The notes below the pieces were generated by a model, which was given only the letters and a program-made list of their open reading frames with translations, did no database searches and was not told where the DNA came from. Below, piece by piece: positions 26,114 through 35,852 of a stretch of 64,000 nucleotides of DNA. The stretch is from assembly GCA_958296115.1 (NCBI GenBank), contig OY282442.1, positions 1,371,158-1,435,157 of the forward strand. Direction: 5' to 3'. This stretch comes from an uncultured Dehalococcoidia bacterium (lineage in GTDB: Bacteria > Chloroflexota > Dehalococcoidia > Lucifugimonadales > CAJWER01). A program made the position numbers and the translations under genes. The first letter of the stretch is position 1. Each line of letters starts with the position of its first letter.

Positions 26114-27130
26114 ATGCTTAGAGTCGGGCTGATAGGCATTGGTCACGGACGGACGCTCATGCAGGCGAACCTGCCCGAGTATGACTACCTGCAGATGCGC
26201 GTGACGGCGCTGTGCGATGTGGACGAGGCGCGGCTGGCGGGGGCCGTGGAGGAGTACGGCGTCAGGGCCGCCACGACCGACTACAAGGAGCTGGCGCGGC
26301 GGGACGACGTCGACATCGTCGGCGTCTACTCGCCGGGGCCGGTCCACGCGTCCCAGATATTGGCGGCGCTGGACGCCGGCAAGCACGTGATGGTCACCAA
26401 GTCCATGGTCTATTCGATGGAGGAGGCCGAGCGGGTGGTCGAGGCGGTGGACCGGACGGGCTTGACGCTGCTGGTAACGCAGACGATGCGGGGCGACGCC
26501 AAGCACATGGAATCGAAGCGCCTCTGCGATTCAGGCGCCCTCGGCGAGCTGCTCCTCGGCGAGGCCAGCTACATCCACGACCTGAGACCCGTGTACGCCA
26601 AGACGCCGTGGCGCACGGAGGCGCCGCAGGACCTGCTGCTTGGAGGGGCGTGCCATCCCATCGACGCCCTGCGGTGGTTCATGGGCGACGTCGAGGAGGT
26701 CCACTGCTACGGGCTGCGCGGCGGGGTCGCGGCCAACTATCCGCAGGAGGACAACTTCGTAATCAATCTGCGCTTCGCCAGCGGCAGGATAGGCAGAGTC
26801 GCGGCCCTGTGCGGCGTGGTTCACCCCCCGGCCCTCCCGATGAACGGGCTTGGGATATACGGCGCGAAAGGCTCCATAGTCGATGGCAGAGTGCGGCTGG
26901 ACCCGGATGGGGCCGTCCCGATGCGAGAGTACGACATCACGTTTCCGGGCGCCAAGCGCGGGCACGGCGCGGAGATGATAGTGATGATGCGGCACATGGC
27001 CGACTGCGTCACGAACGGGGCGAAGCCCTGGGTGGGCGCGCGCGAGGGGGCGCGGGTCGTAGCGACGGGCCTGGCGTGCTGGGAGTCGATGCGGACAGGC
27101 CGGCCCGCCAGGGTACGCAACGACTTCTAG
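26114..27130 (+). CDS. Gfo/Idh/MocA-family oxidoreductase
   Basis: LRVGLIGIGHG Rossmann start and the VMVTKSM (EKP-position variant) region. Length and order are typical of the family. Confidence 0.8.
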   Translation: MLRVGLIGIGHGRTLMQANLPEYDYLQMRVTALCDVDEARLAGAVEEYGVRAATTDYKELARRDDVDIVGVYSPGPVHASQILAALDAGKHVMVTKSMVYSMEEAERVVEAVDRTGLTLLVTQTMRGDAKHMESKRLCDSGALGELLLGEASYIHDLRPVYAKTPWRTEAPQDLLLGGACHPIDALRWFMGDVEEVHCYGLRGGVAANYPQEDNFVINLRFASGRIGRVAALCGVVHPPALPMNGLGIYGAKGSIVDGRVRLDPDGAVPMREYDITFPGAKRGHGAEMIVMMRHMADCVTNGAKPWVGAREGARVVATGLACWESMRTGRPARVRNDF

Positions 27131-27184
27131 CCCGGAATCCACCGCCGGGCCCGAGGGTCAGACGCGCGTCACCCGGCATCGCTC

Positions 27185-27232
27185 CCACCCTATCCCCTCT
27201 CCCTTGATGGGAGAGGGTTAGGGTGATTCAGG
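27185..27232. repeat. REP-like palindromic element (single unit)
   Basis: ccctctccc (27195-27203) - ttgat - gggagaggg (27209-27217), followed by ttagggtgattca. It sits between convergent genes. Confidence 0.8.
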
Positions 27233-27255
27233 GCCAGTGCTACATTGAAGCGGTA

Positions 27256-28122
27256 CTAGCCGCTGTTCCCATCCTGGTCGCCGGAGCGCTCCTCCGTCAT
27301 GCTCATGAAGGGCTTGAGGAGGTTCGTGAACTCCATGGGGAAGATGAACTTGGTGGACGAGCCGGCGCCGAGCTCCTTCAGGGTGTCGAAGTACTGGAGG
27401 CTCAACGTGTTCGCGTCCACCTTCCGCGCGACCTCGTAGATCTTGTCGAGGGCGGTACTGAAGCCCTGCGCGCGAAGGATGGCGGCCTGCTGGTCGCCCT
27501 CCGCCTGGAGGATCTCGGCCTGCCGCTCGCCCTCCGCTTTCAGGATGGCGGCCTGCTTCTCGCCCTCGGCGACCGTGATGGCGGCCGCCCTGGTGCCATC
27601 GGCTTCCCGCACCACCGCTCGGCGCACTCTCTCGGCGGACATCTGGCGGTTCATCGCGTCCTGGATGTCCGAGGGAGGCTCGATCTCCCGGATCTCGACG
27701 TTGGTAACCTTGATGCCCCAGCGCTCGGTCTCGGCGTCGAGCTTCTCTCTCAGCAACGTGTTGATGCGCTCGCGCTGCGAGAGCACCTCGTCCAGGTCGA
27801 TGTCGCCGACCACAGCCCTCAGGGTGGTGGTCGCGAGGCCGATCACTGCGACGCGGTAGTTCTCCACCTCCAGGACAGACCTGTCGGCGTAATCCACCAT
27901 CACCCGCATATAGACGAGGAAGTCTATGTCTATGGGCGCGTTGTCCTTGGTGATGTTGGTCTGGCGCGCGATGTCCAGCACCTCTGTCCGCAGATCAACG
28001 CGGGTGCCGCTGTGCATGATGGGCACCAGCCAGACCGGGCCGGGGCCTCTCATGCCCTCGAAGTTGCCCCAGCGGAACCGGGCCATCCTCTGGTAGTTCC
28101 TCAGGAAGTTGACTATCGCCAT
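27256..28122 (-). CDS. SPFH/band-7 (stomatin/slipin-like) protein
   Basis: 288 aa with an SPFH core followed by an A/E/Q-rich coiled coil (AEGEKQAAILKAEGERQAEILQAEGDQQAAIL). It lies directly downstream of an NfeD gene. Confidence 0.85.
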   Translation of the reverse strand: MAIVNFLRNYQRMARFRWGNFEGMRGPGPVWLVPIMHSGTRVDLRTEVLDIARQTNITKDNAPIDIDFLVYMRVMVDYADRSVLEVENYRVAVIGLATTTLRAVVGDIDLDEVLSQRERINTLLREKLDAETERWGIKVTNVEIREIEPPSDIQDAMNRQMSAERVRRAVVREADGTRAAAITVAEGEKQAAILKAEGERQAEILQAEGDQQAAILRAQGFSTALDKIYEVARKVDANTLSLQYFDTLKELGAGSSTKFIFPMEFTNLLKPFMSMTEERSGDQDGNSG

Positions 28123-28149
28123 TTCACACCCTCCTTAAAAAGTGTATCC

Positions 28150-29508
28150 CTACGCTTCTACGTCCATGTCCACGTCGGGCGACTTGAAGACCCTCAGGGT
28201 AAGGCCCTCGGACTCGGATACTATAACCCTTTCGCCCTTGTCTATGGGCTCGCCCGAGTCGCTGACTGCGGTCCAATCCTCGCCGCCGACGTGGACGGTT
28301 CCGCGCGGGCTCAGGGCAGTCGCCGCGACGGCTATCTGGCCGACGACCGACAGCGTCGTGCCCCGGTCCTCGGAGGCGAGCTTTCGAGCCTTCGCAAGGT
28401 CCCTGGCCACGAAGAGGACTATGGCCGCGATTCCCGCCGCTATTCCTGCCAGCAGGAAGTAGTTCACCCTGAAGCTTGGGGCGCCGGGCGGCTGGGGGAT
28501 TTCAGGGGGCGTTATACCGCCCAGCAGCAGGAAGCCGCCCGCCAAGAAGGCTATCACGCCCGACACCCCGAATATCCCGATGCCCGGCGCCTGCGCCTCC
28601 AGGTAGAAGAGGGCCATTGCGAAGACCATCAGCCCGGCGCCCACCCAGTTCACCGGCAGGTCGCCGAGCGCCACGAAGCCCAGGGCGAGAGCTATTACGC
28701 CCAATATGCCGGGGCCCCATAGACCGGGCAGGATGAACTCTATCAGGAGGGCGATGAGCCCCAACGAGACGAGGGCAAAGGCCACGTTTGGGTCGGCCAG
28801 AAAACCCAGGAACGACTCGAGGAGCGTCCTCTCGATCTCGCGGACCTGGACCCCTTCGAGGTCCAGGGTCACATTGCCTGAGCGCAGCTCCACGGCCATC
28901 CCGTCGAGCTGCTCCACCAGGTCCGAGACATCGTCCGCGACCAGGTCCACGATGTCCTTGTCGAGGGCCTCCGTCGCGGAGTAGGCGGCGGCATTGAACA
29001 CTGTGGACTCTAGGACCTCCGCGTTCCGGCCGCGCTCCCCGGCGATTTCTCGGAGGAAGGCGGCGGCATCCTGGGAAGCCTTGCGCTCCAACGTCTCTGG
29101 CAGGTCTTCGCCCAGGCCGACAGGCGACGCGGCGCCGATGTTCGTGACTGGAGCCATGGCGGCCACGTGCGCCGCCGCAGTCAAGAACGTCCCGGCCGAT
29201 GCGGCGTGCGCGCCTTCCGGCGCCACGAAAACCACCACCGGGGTTTCCGAATTGAGGATGGCCTCGACGATCTCCCTGGTGGAATCGAGGATGCCGCCGG
29301 GCGTGTTCAGGCGGATTATCAGCGCCCGAGCGCCGTCCTCGGTGGCCTGGTTGATGGCTCGCTTTACGAATCGGGCTGAGCTGCCGTCTATGGCGTCGTC
29401 GAGCTCGATGAGCGCAACGTGGGGTTCGGCGGCCAAACCCTGGGAGACCACCGCGCCCCCCAGACCCAGCGCCAGCAAGACGACTGCAACGACCCGTCTG
29501 ATAACCAT
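28150..29508 (-). CDS. NfeD-family membrane-bound ClpP-class serine protease
   Basis: 452 aa. Order is signal peptide, ClpP-like domain (INTPGG...APEGAHAASAGT), a multi-TM block, and a C-terminal OB-fold (VHVGGEDWTAVS). Confidence 0.8.
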   Translation of the reverse strand: MVIRRVVAVVLLALGLGGAVVSQGLAAEPHVALIELDDAIDGSSARFVKRAINQATEDGARALIIRLNTPGGILDSTREIVEAILNSETPVVVFVAPEGAHAASAGTFLTAAAHVAAMAPVTNIGAASPVGLGEDLPETLERKASQDAAAFLREIAGERGRNAEVLESTVFNAAAYSATEALDKDIVDLVADDVSDLVEQLDGMAVELRSGNVTLDLEGVQVREIERTLLESFLGFLADPNVAFALVSLGLIALLIEFILPGLWGPGILGVIALALGFVALGDLPVNWVGAGLMVFAMALFYLEAQAPGIGIFGVSGVIAFLAGGFLLLGGITPPEIPQPPGAPSFRVNYFLLAGIAAGIAAIVLFVARDLAKARKLASEDRGTTLSVVGQIAVAATALSPRGTVHVGGEDWTAVSDSGEPIDKGERVIVSESEGLTLRVFKSPDVDMDVEA

Positions 29509-29605
29509 GGTCCCCAGTCTAACACCTGCCGCCGAACTCGTAACGCCCTGCGTTACATGTAATGATATACCTATATTACCCTCCCGTCAACCCCTGTCTC
29601 GGATT

Positions 29606-29655
29606 GGCAGTCCCGCCTTGTCCCCTCTCCCGTCAAGGGAGAGGGAGATTCAGGA
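29606..29655. repeat. REP-like palindromic element (single unit)
   Basis: ggcagtcccgccttgtcc + ccctctccc (29623-29631) - gtcaa - gggagaggg (29637-29645) + agattcagg. It is the reverse-complement relative of the element at 45393-45452. Confidence 0.8.
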
Positions 29656-29663
29656 CGCCTTCC

Positions 29664-31325
29664 CTATCTCTGCGGTGAGAGCTCGATGACCGGCGCGGGC
29701 GTTCGGCGGATCATGACGTTGACGCAGGCGGGCTTGCCAGATGCGGCCGCCCTCTCCAGGGCGGGCCGCAATTGCGAGGCTTCCGTGACGCGCTCCCCGT
29801 GCCCGCCCAGCGACTCGGCGAGCCGGTCGTACCGGGTCGGCAGGAGCTCGCAGCCGACCAGTCTGTCTTCGCCGTACTCTCGAAGCTGTATCTGGTACTC
29901 GGCGTTCCAGGCCGCGTCGTTCCCCACGACGGCCACGAATGGCAGGCCGTGCCGCGCGGCGGTGTCGAGCTCCAGGGCGTGGTATCCGAAGCTGCCGTCG
30001 CCGGTCGTCAGGAATACGGACGAGCCCGGCCTCGCGGCCCGCGCTCCCAGGGCGAAGGGCGCTCCGCCGCCGATAGCCCCCGATGGGCCGTTGATCAGGC
30101 GGGGCCGGATGGGTATTGCGGCCTGCGCCCATTGCCCGAATTCGCCGCCGTCCGAGACGAATACGGAGCCGCCGAGGCGAGACATGACGTCTCGGACCGC
30201 GCGGCCAACTTCTAGGGGATGCAGCGGCTCGCGCTCTCCGGACTTCACGGAATCCCAGGACGCGGGCCGGTAGGATACCGCGGCTTCCACCTCGTTGTAC
30301 CAGCCAGGATCGACCGCCGGCAGGTCTCGCAGCCCGGCCGCGATCGATCCTACGGCCCCGGCGGGGCTGCCCACCGCCGCCGCGTCCAGCCGCGTTGGGT
30401 CGGTGAGGACACGGCGGGCCTGCTCGATAACGGCAGCGTCGGAGTCGATCTGGAAGAAGCGGCATCTGGGGGCGAACGTCGGGGGGCGGCCCATCTTGAG
30501 CGAGAAGTCGAGCTTCTTGCCGAGCAGCAGCGCTGCGTCCGCCTCGGGCAGTACGTCCGCAAAGGCGCCGAGGCTCGGGTCCGCCGTCCCGCGCGGGCTC
30601 TCCATGAACACGACGGGAATGCCGGTCTCCTCGGCGATTGCGCGCAGCGCCGCATACGCCTCTCCCCGCGCCATCGCCGGGCCGGCCAGCGCCAGAGGAC
30701 GCTTGGCCCGCGCCATGCCCTCTACGACCGCGCGAATCTCCGCATTATCGGCGCGCGACTCGACCGGCGGAAAATCGCCCGGATCGACGCCGCCCGCGTC
30801 ATCCGGCGCTTCGCCCTCCAGGAGATCCACGGGCAGCGCAAGGTGAACGGGGCCGGGCCGCCCGGACGCAGCTATCCGGAACGCCTGCGCCACCTCGCTG
30901 ACCAGGGTGGACGCATCCGCCGCAGTCCACGACGCCTTGGCAACAGGCCCCGACATCTCGGCCTGCGCCATCTCCTGGAACTCGCCGACTCCCCCGCGCG
31001 GGGCATCGCCGCTCAGGAGCACCAGGGGCGACTCGGCCATCCTCGCGACGTACATCGCCGAGAGGGTGTTTGCGAACCCAGGCCCGGCCGTTGCAAGCGC
31101 GACGCCCGGCCTTCCAGTCAGCCGTCCCCAAGCGTCCGCCATATGCACCGCCGCCGCCTCGTGCCGGACGTGCAGCAGCTCGATTCCCGCCCCGATGCTC
31201 GCGTCGAACACGGACATTATCTGGTTGCCGGACAGCGCGAACACCGTCCGCACTCCCGCGGCCCCCAGCGCGGATACGAGGGAGTCAGCCCCCCGCCGTC
31301 CCGCCGCCCCTCTCTTCCCGCTCAC
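29664..31325 (-). CDS. Thiamine-diphosphate-dependent enzyme, acetolactate-synthase-like family
   Basis: N-terminal PYR domain (GVRTVFALSGNQI...HEAAAVHMADAW) and C-terminal PP domain (GDGSFGYHALELDTAARHGLP). The GTG start at 31325 overlaps the upstream stop (GTGA). The longer track ORF is an artefactual extension. Confidence 0.75.
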   Translation of the reverse strand: MSGKRGAAGRRGADSLVSALGAAGVRTVFALSGNQIMSVFDASIGAGIELLHVRHEAAAVHMADAWGRLTGRPGVALATAGPGFANTLSAMYVARMAESPLVLLSGDAPRGGVGEFQEMAQAEMSGPVAKASWTAADASTLVSEVAQAFRIAASGRPGPVHLALPVDLLEGEAPDDAGGVDPGDFPPVESRADNAEIRAVVEGMARAKRPLALAGPAMARGEAYAALRAIAEETGIPVVFMESPRGTADPSLGAFADVLPEADAALLLGKKLDFSLKMGRPPTFAPRCRFFQIDSDAAVIEQARRVLTDPTRLDAAAVGSPAGAVGSIAAGLRDLPAVDPGWYNEVEAAVSYRPASWDSVKSGEREPLHPLEVGRAVRDVMSRLGGSVFVSDGGEFGQWAQAAIPIRPRLINGPSGAIGGGAPFALGARAARPGSSVFLTTGDGSFGYHALELDTAARHGLPFVAVVGNDAAWNAEYQIQLREYGEDRLVGCELLPTRYDRLAESLGGHGERVTEASQLRPALERAAASGKPACVNVMIRRTPAPVIELSPQR

Positions 31326-34300
31326 GGCGCGCCCACTGCCGTCCAGATGGTGAACTCCTCGAACTTGGTGGACCTGTCCGCGATTCCGTCCCCCGCGAAG
31401 TACCCGGTGATGGCGGACACGCGCCCGGCATAGAGCCAACCGCCAAGGTCCAGCTCGTCCACGTAGGCGCCGTTTATGAACAGCCACGCCTTGTCGTGGA
31501 TGGCTATGATACGGATGTGGTTGCTGCCGGTCGGCTCCGTGGATATGTGGCTGGAGGTCCGATCCGCAAGCTTCTGCTCCGTCTCGACGTCGCCCGTGCG
31601 TAAGAAGTGGAACCATCTGCCCGACTCGTTGACTACGGTGGAGTGATGCTCGTCGGAGTTGCTCTGCCGTATCAGGAAGCCGTTGCTCCAAGCGCCTTCC
31701 CGCGTGGAGTAGGGGTTGAAGAAACGGGCCTCGACGATGCCGTCAGCCATCGAAACGAAGCTGTCGCGCTCGTCGACGAGGTGGACTTCAGGGTGGTGCT
31801 CGATTTCGTTGCTGCGCGGGCCATATATCCTCCGAAGGGGGCGGACGGTGAAGTCGGAGAAGTGAGTGGGGCCAGTCCCCGCATCCGAGAAGGCATAGAG
31901 CGTGACGCCCCCTGATACGGTCTGGTTGCCCAGGTCCAGCTCGGCCACGTAACCGCCGTTGAGAAAGAGCCATCCCACGCCGCCCAGGGCGATCACGCGG
32001 ATATGGTTCTCTGCGTTCGAGGACATCCTGACGTCTGGTGAAAGGCCCTCCGCGGGGGTCTCTTCCGTCATCTCTGGAAGAAGGTGATGGGACCATGCGC
32101 CTGACCGCCACACGGCTACGGAGTGGGTCCTGTACGCCGTCTCCCGGATCAGGAAGCCGACGGCCCAGTCTCCATCTACGACTTGGGGGGTTCTGAAGGT
32201 CGCCTCCACAACGAGGTCGGCAACGTCGACGTCGCTGTGGAAGATCGCAAACCCGCCGCTTGCGCCGGGGTCTAGTGAGCCGCTCTCGGGGCCGAAAGCG
32301 GTCTGCGTGGATACGGCTTCCGTATTCTGGAGGGGCGCGACGGCCGCGCCTGATCGCATTAGCGGGAGGCGGCTGGACAGCGCTTCGGACTTGATCGCGA
32401 AGCCGATGCCCTGGGTCTCCGCGCCTTCGATCTCGCGGCGCCCGGCGGTGTTCATGCCCACGACTTGGCCCCGGGTGTTCAGCAGCGGGCCGCCGCTGTT
32501 GCCTGGATTGAGGGCGGCGTCAGTCTGGAGGTAGTCGATGCCCCCGAACGTCCGGAAGGCGGACACTATGCCCTTTGTAACGGTCAGGCCGCCCCTCAGT
32601 CCGACCGGATATCCGAGGGCCACCACCTCCTCGCCCTCGCGCACGCCTTTGGCCAGGGGCAGAGGCGTTAGCTGGCTCTCCGCCTCGACCTTCAGCAGCG
32701 CGATGTCCAGCGCGGCGTTGGACCCGATCACCTCGGGCGTCAGCCGAACGCCGTCGTCGAATACGACGGTTAGCTCCCCGTCCTGGTCTATGACATGCTG
32801 GTTCGTGAGGATGTGTCCGTCGGAATCTATGACGAACCCCGAGCCTGAGCCTGACTCGCCCGATACGCGCACCACGCCCGCCCTGGTCTGCTCCACCACG
32901 TCGGCAATCAACCGGGCCGCGCCGGGAGCTGTGGCGGCGGTTGGCGGGGTTGCCGGCCTGGCGGCGATTGGCGGGGTTGCCGGCCTGGCGGCGGCCGGGG
33001 TCGAAGCGTCCGCGTCTCCCACCGACCAGACGGTGAAGCCCTCGAACTTCATCAGCCCGTCCGGCGCGTCGCTCTCGAAGCGCCCTCCTACCGCGGACAC
33101 GCTCCCGGCCCCGGTCAGGCCGCCCAGGTCCAGCTTGGCTACGCAAGAGCCGTTCAGGAACAGCCAGCCCTCCCCTCCGAGAGCGAGGACCTGCATGTGG
33201 CTGCTCCCCGCCTGTTCGATGGCTATGCCCTTGGAGTTCCCTTCCGCCAACTCCTGTTCAGGCTGGGCGCCGCCTTTCCGCAGGTAGTGGGACCAGTTGC
33301 CGTACTGGTCGGCGACGACGGCGTGGCCCTCGCCCGGTCCGCTGTGCCGTATCAGGAAGCCGCTGCTCCAGTCTCCATCCCGGGCGGCGCTCGGGTTGAA
33401 GAAGTGCGCCTCGATGATGCCGTCCGTAATGGAAGCGGCGGCGCGGTGCGTGTCCATGGGGCCGTCGTCGGGACTGTGCTGGATGGAGCCGGCGCTGGGG
33501 CCATAGGCCATTTGGATAGGGCGGACGGAGAAGTCCGTGAAGCGCGTGGAGCGCCCGGGCAGCTCGTCCCCGTCGAACCAGGCTCCGAGCAGCCCGATGG
33601 ACCCGGGTCCCGTCAGGCCGCTCAGGTCTAGCTGGGCTTCGTAAGCCCCGTTGACGAAGAGCCATCCCGTAACGCCCGAAGCGATCAAGCGGATTTGATT
33701 CTGCGCGTCTTGGCCCCTCCTGACGTTTGGGGAGGAGCCTTCCATGAGCAGCCTGTCGTCTGCAGGGCCGCCTTTCCGCAGGTAGTGGTACCAATCTCCC
33801 GAGCTGCGGACTACCACCGCGTGGGCCTTGACCCCATCGGACCACCTTATCAGGAAGCCGCTGCTCCAATTCCCCTGTGTGACGTCGTGAGGCGCCGTGA
33901 AGGTCGCCTCGGCCACGAAGTCGGCCAAGTCTGCGCCGCTGTCGAATATAGGCACCAATCCGTCGCTGGGGTCGTGCTCGAGAGAGCCGCTCTCCAGCTC
34001 CAGGCTGACCCTCGGCGTGATTATCGGAGTGGGCGTGGGCGTATCAGCTGGGGTTGACGATGGAGTGGGCGTGGGTCGAGGCGTGGGCGTGAGGGCGCTG
34101 GTCGGAGTAGGCGTCAGTGCCCGCATGGTCTCCGCGACCTGGGCCATGACTTTTGCCTGCGCAACGACTGTTGCTTGGACGTTCGGCGTGGGCGCGGGGC
34201 TCGGCGCGGCCCTCGCGACGGCGGCCTTCACGAGCGCCTGGATGTCCGGCGTGGGCTCGGGCGGGGGCGACTGAGCGCAGGCCGCCGCCCAGAAGAGCGC

Positions 34301-34327
34301 CGCGAGGGCAAGGAAGAGGCGCGTCAT
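31322..34327 (-). CDS. Lipoprotein with a central S1C (HtrA-like) serine protease domain flanked by four ~160-aa beta-sandwich repeats
   Basis: Lipobox LFWAAAC and a PT-rich linker. Catalytic residues are TNQHV, LDIALL and GNSGGP (about 32347-32917). Four paralogous modules share W-S-x-GFLIR...GWLF-x-NG...LDL. Confidence 0.7.
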   Translation of the reverse strand: MTRLFLALAALFWAAACAQSPPPEPTPDIQALVKAAVARAAPSPAPTPNVQATVVAQAKVMAQVAETMRALTPTPTSALTPTPRPTPTPSSTPADTPTPTPIITPRVSLELESGSLEHDPSDGLVPIFDSGADLADFVAEATFTAPHDVTQGNWSSGFLIRWSDGVKAHAVVVRSSGDWYHYLRKGGPADDRLLMEGSSPNVRRGQDAQNQIRLIASGVTGWLFVNGAYEAQLDLSGLTGPGSIGLLGAWFDGDELPGRSTRFTDFSVRPIQMAYGPSAGSIQHSPDDGPMDTHRAAASITDGIIEAHFFNPSAARDGDWSSGFLIRHSGPGEGHAVVADQYGNWSHYLRKGGAQPEQELAEGNSKGIAIEQAGSSHMQVLALGGEGWLFLNGSCVAKLDLGGLTGAGSVSAVGGRFESDAPDGLMKFEGFTVWSVGDADASTPAAARPATPPIAARPATPPTAATAPGAARLIADVVEQTRAGVVRVSGESGSGSGFVIDSDGHILTNQHVIDQDGELTVVFDDGVRLTPEVIGSNAALDIALLKVEAESQLTPLPLAKGVREGEEVVALGYPVGLRGGLTVTKGIVSAFRTFGGIDYLQTDAALNPGNSGGPLLNTRGQVVGMNTAGRREIEGAETQGIGFAIKSEALSSRLPLMRSGAAVAPLQNTEAVSTQTAFGPESGSLDPGASGGFAIFHSDVDVADLVVEATFRTPQVVDGDWAVGFLIRETAYRTHSVAVWRSGAWSHHLLPEMTEETPAEGLSPDVRMSSNAENHIRVIALGGVGWLFLNGGYVAELDLGNQTVSGGVTLYAFSDAGTGPTHFSDFTVRPLRRIYGPRSNEIEHHPEVHLVDERDSFVSMADGIVEARFFNPYSTREGAWSNGFLIRQSNSDEHHSTVVNESGRWFHFLRTGDVETEQKLADRTSSHISTEPTGSNHIRIIAIHDKAWLFINGAYVDELDLGGWLYAGRVSAITGYFAGDGIADRSTKFEEFTIWTAVGAP

Positions 34328-34444
34328 CAGGCCGCCCGGTTCACAACCAAGGGTCCGGAGAGCTCCCCTCGATACATGGGCGGATCGAGCGAACCCTCCA
34401 AGGGCGCTGTCCTGTAACGCGGTCGGCGTCTCGGCGGCTCTCAT

Positions 34445-34822
34445 TCATCGGACCTGTATGGACCTGGGGTCGCCGGCATCGACTCGGACCTCCCTGAACT
34501 CCACCCTGCCGCTCTTCACCATCTCGCGGATGCGGCGCTGCTTGTCGGAGAGACGGCTGCGGCCGGATTTGAACTCGACCAGCACCACCTTGTCCTCCTC
34601 GAACTGCACCCCGTCTATGGGAGCGCCGAGGAACCTGAACCCTCTCGGGTCCCACGGATAGGACTCGGCGAGCGGCAGCCACTGCTCGGCGGTGAAGCCG
34701 CGCCTGACGTCGTCGCCCCTCTTCTGCCGACGCAGCCTCACGTAGCTTCTGGTTATGCGTACCGAGTAGATTACCGCGGCTGCCAGCGCGAGCGCCAAGC
34801 CTGCGACGGTCCACCATATCAT
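34445..34822 (-). CDS. TM-anchored endonuclease distantly related to archaeal Holliday-junction resolvase (COG4741-like)
   Basis: 125 aa counted from the ATG at 34822. It has an N-terminal TM helix followed by IDGVQFEEDKVVLVEFKSGRSRLSDKQRRIREMV (D...E-x-K nuclease-like core). The assignment is from motif memory only. Confidence 0.5.
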   Translation of the reverse strand: MIWWTVAGLALALAAAVIYSVRITRSYVRLRRQKRGDDVRRGFTAEQWLPLAESYPWDPRGFRFLGAPIDGVQFEEDKVVLVEFKSGRSRLSDKQRRIREMVKSGRVEFREVRVDAGDPRSIQVR

Positions 34823-34865
34823 CGGAATGTCCAGGGGCTGGCCTCCTCGGTGTCGCGGGGATGAA

Positions 34866-35852
34866 TCAACTTCGGGCGTCGAGCCACTGGGCGGCCTCCT
34901 TCGCGTGGTAGCTAATGATGAGGTCGGCCCCGGCCCGCTTGATGGCCGTGAGCGCCTCGAGCGTAACCCTTCGGGCGTCGAGCCAGCCATTTTGCGCCGC
35001 CGCCTTCACCATTGCGTATTCGCCGCTGACGTTGTAGGCGGCTACCGGAACGGAGAAGCGCCGCTTCGCCCTGGCAATGACGTCCAGGTAGGCCAGCGCG
35101 GGCTTGACCATCACCACGTCGGCGCCCTCCTCGATGTCCTGGGCTATCTCGCGCATGGCCTCCCGCGCGTTGGGCGGGTCCATCTGGTAGGAGGCCCGGT
35201 CGCCGAATCGGGGCGCCGATTCGGCGGCGACCCTGAAGGGGCCGTAGAATCCTGACGAGTACTTGGCCGAGTACGCCATTATCGGCGCGCCGCCGAACCC
35301 ACCCGCGTCCAGGGCCGAGCGGATGGCATGAACTTGGCCGTCCATCATCGCGGACGGGGCGATCACGTCGGCGCCGGCCTCGGCCTGGCTGACCGCCGCA
35401 TTCGCCAGCACCTCCAGCGTCGCGTCGTTGTCCACGGAGCCGCCGTCCGAGAGGATGCCGCAATGGCCGTGGTCGGTGTACTCGCACAGGCACACGTCCG
35501 TGACGACGATGACCTCGGGGGCGGCCTGCTTGATGACGCGGATGGCCTCCTGGACGATGCCGTTGGGCTCGTAAGCCTCGCTGCCCTGCGGGTCCTTGCT
35601 GGAGGGGATGCCGAACAGGAGGACTGCGGGGATTCCAAGGTCGACGACGGACCCTATCTCCGGCAGGAGCCTGTCCAGCGATAGCTGGCATATGCCCGGC
35701 ATCGGCGGAATCTCGGCCTGGACGTTTCGACCATGTGTTACGAACAGGGGATATATGAGGTCGTCCACCGATAGGCGTGTCTCGACGACCATCCGCCTGA
35801 GCGCCGGAGACGCCCTTAGACGCCGCATCCTAGTGGTCGGGAAGCTGCTCAT
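34866..35852 (-). CDS. hemB: Porphobilinogen synthase (delta-aminolevulinate dehydratase)
   Basis: 328 aa with the active-site region VTDVCLCEYTDHGHCG, both Schiff-base lysine contexts, and full-length family similarity. Confidence 0.9.
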   Translation of the reverse strand: MSSFPTTRMRRLRASPALRRMVVETRLSVDDLIYPLFVTHGRNVQAEIPPMPGICQLSLDRLLPEIGSVVDLGIPAVLLFGIPSSKDPQGSEAYEPNGIVQEAIRVIKQAAPEVIVVTDVCLCEYTDHGHCGILSDGGSVDNDATLEVLANAAVSQAEAGADVIAPSAMMDGQVHAIRSALDAGGFGGAPIMAYSAKYSSGFYGPFRVAAESAPRFGDRASYQMDPPNAREAMREIAQDIEEGADVVMVKPALAYLDVIARAKRRFSVPVAAYNVSGEYAMVKAAAQNGWLDARRVTLEALTAIKRAGADLIISYHAKEAAQWLDARS

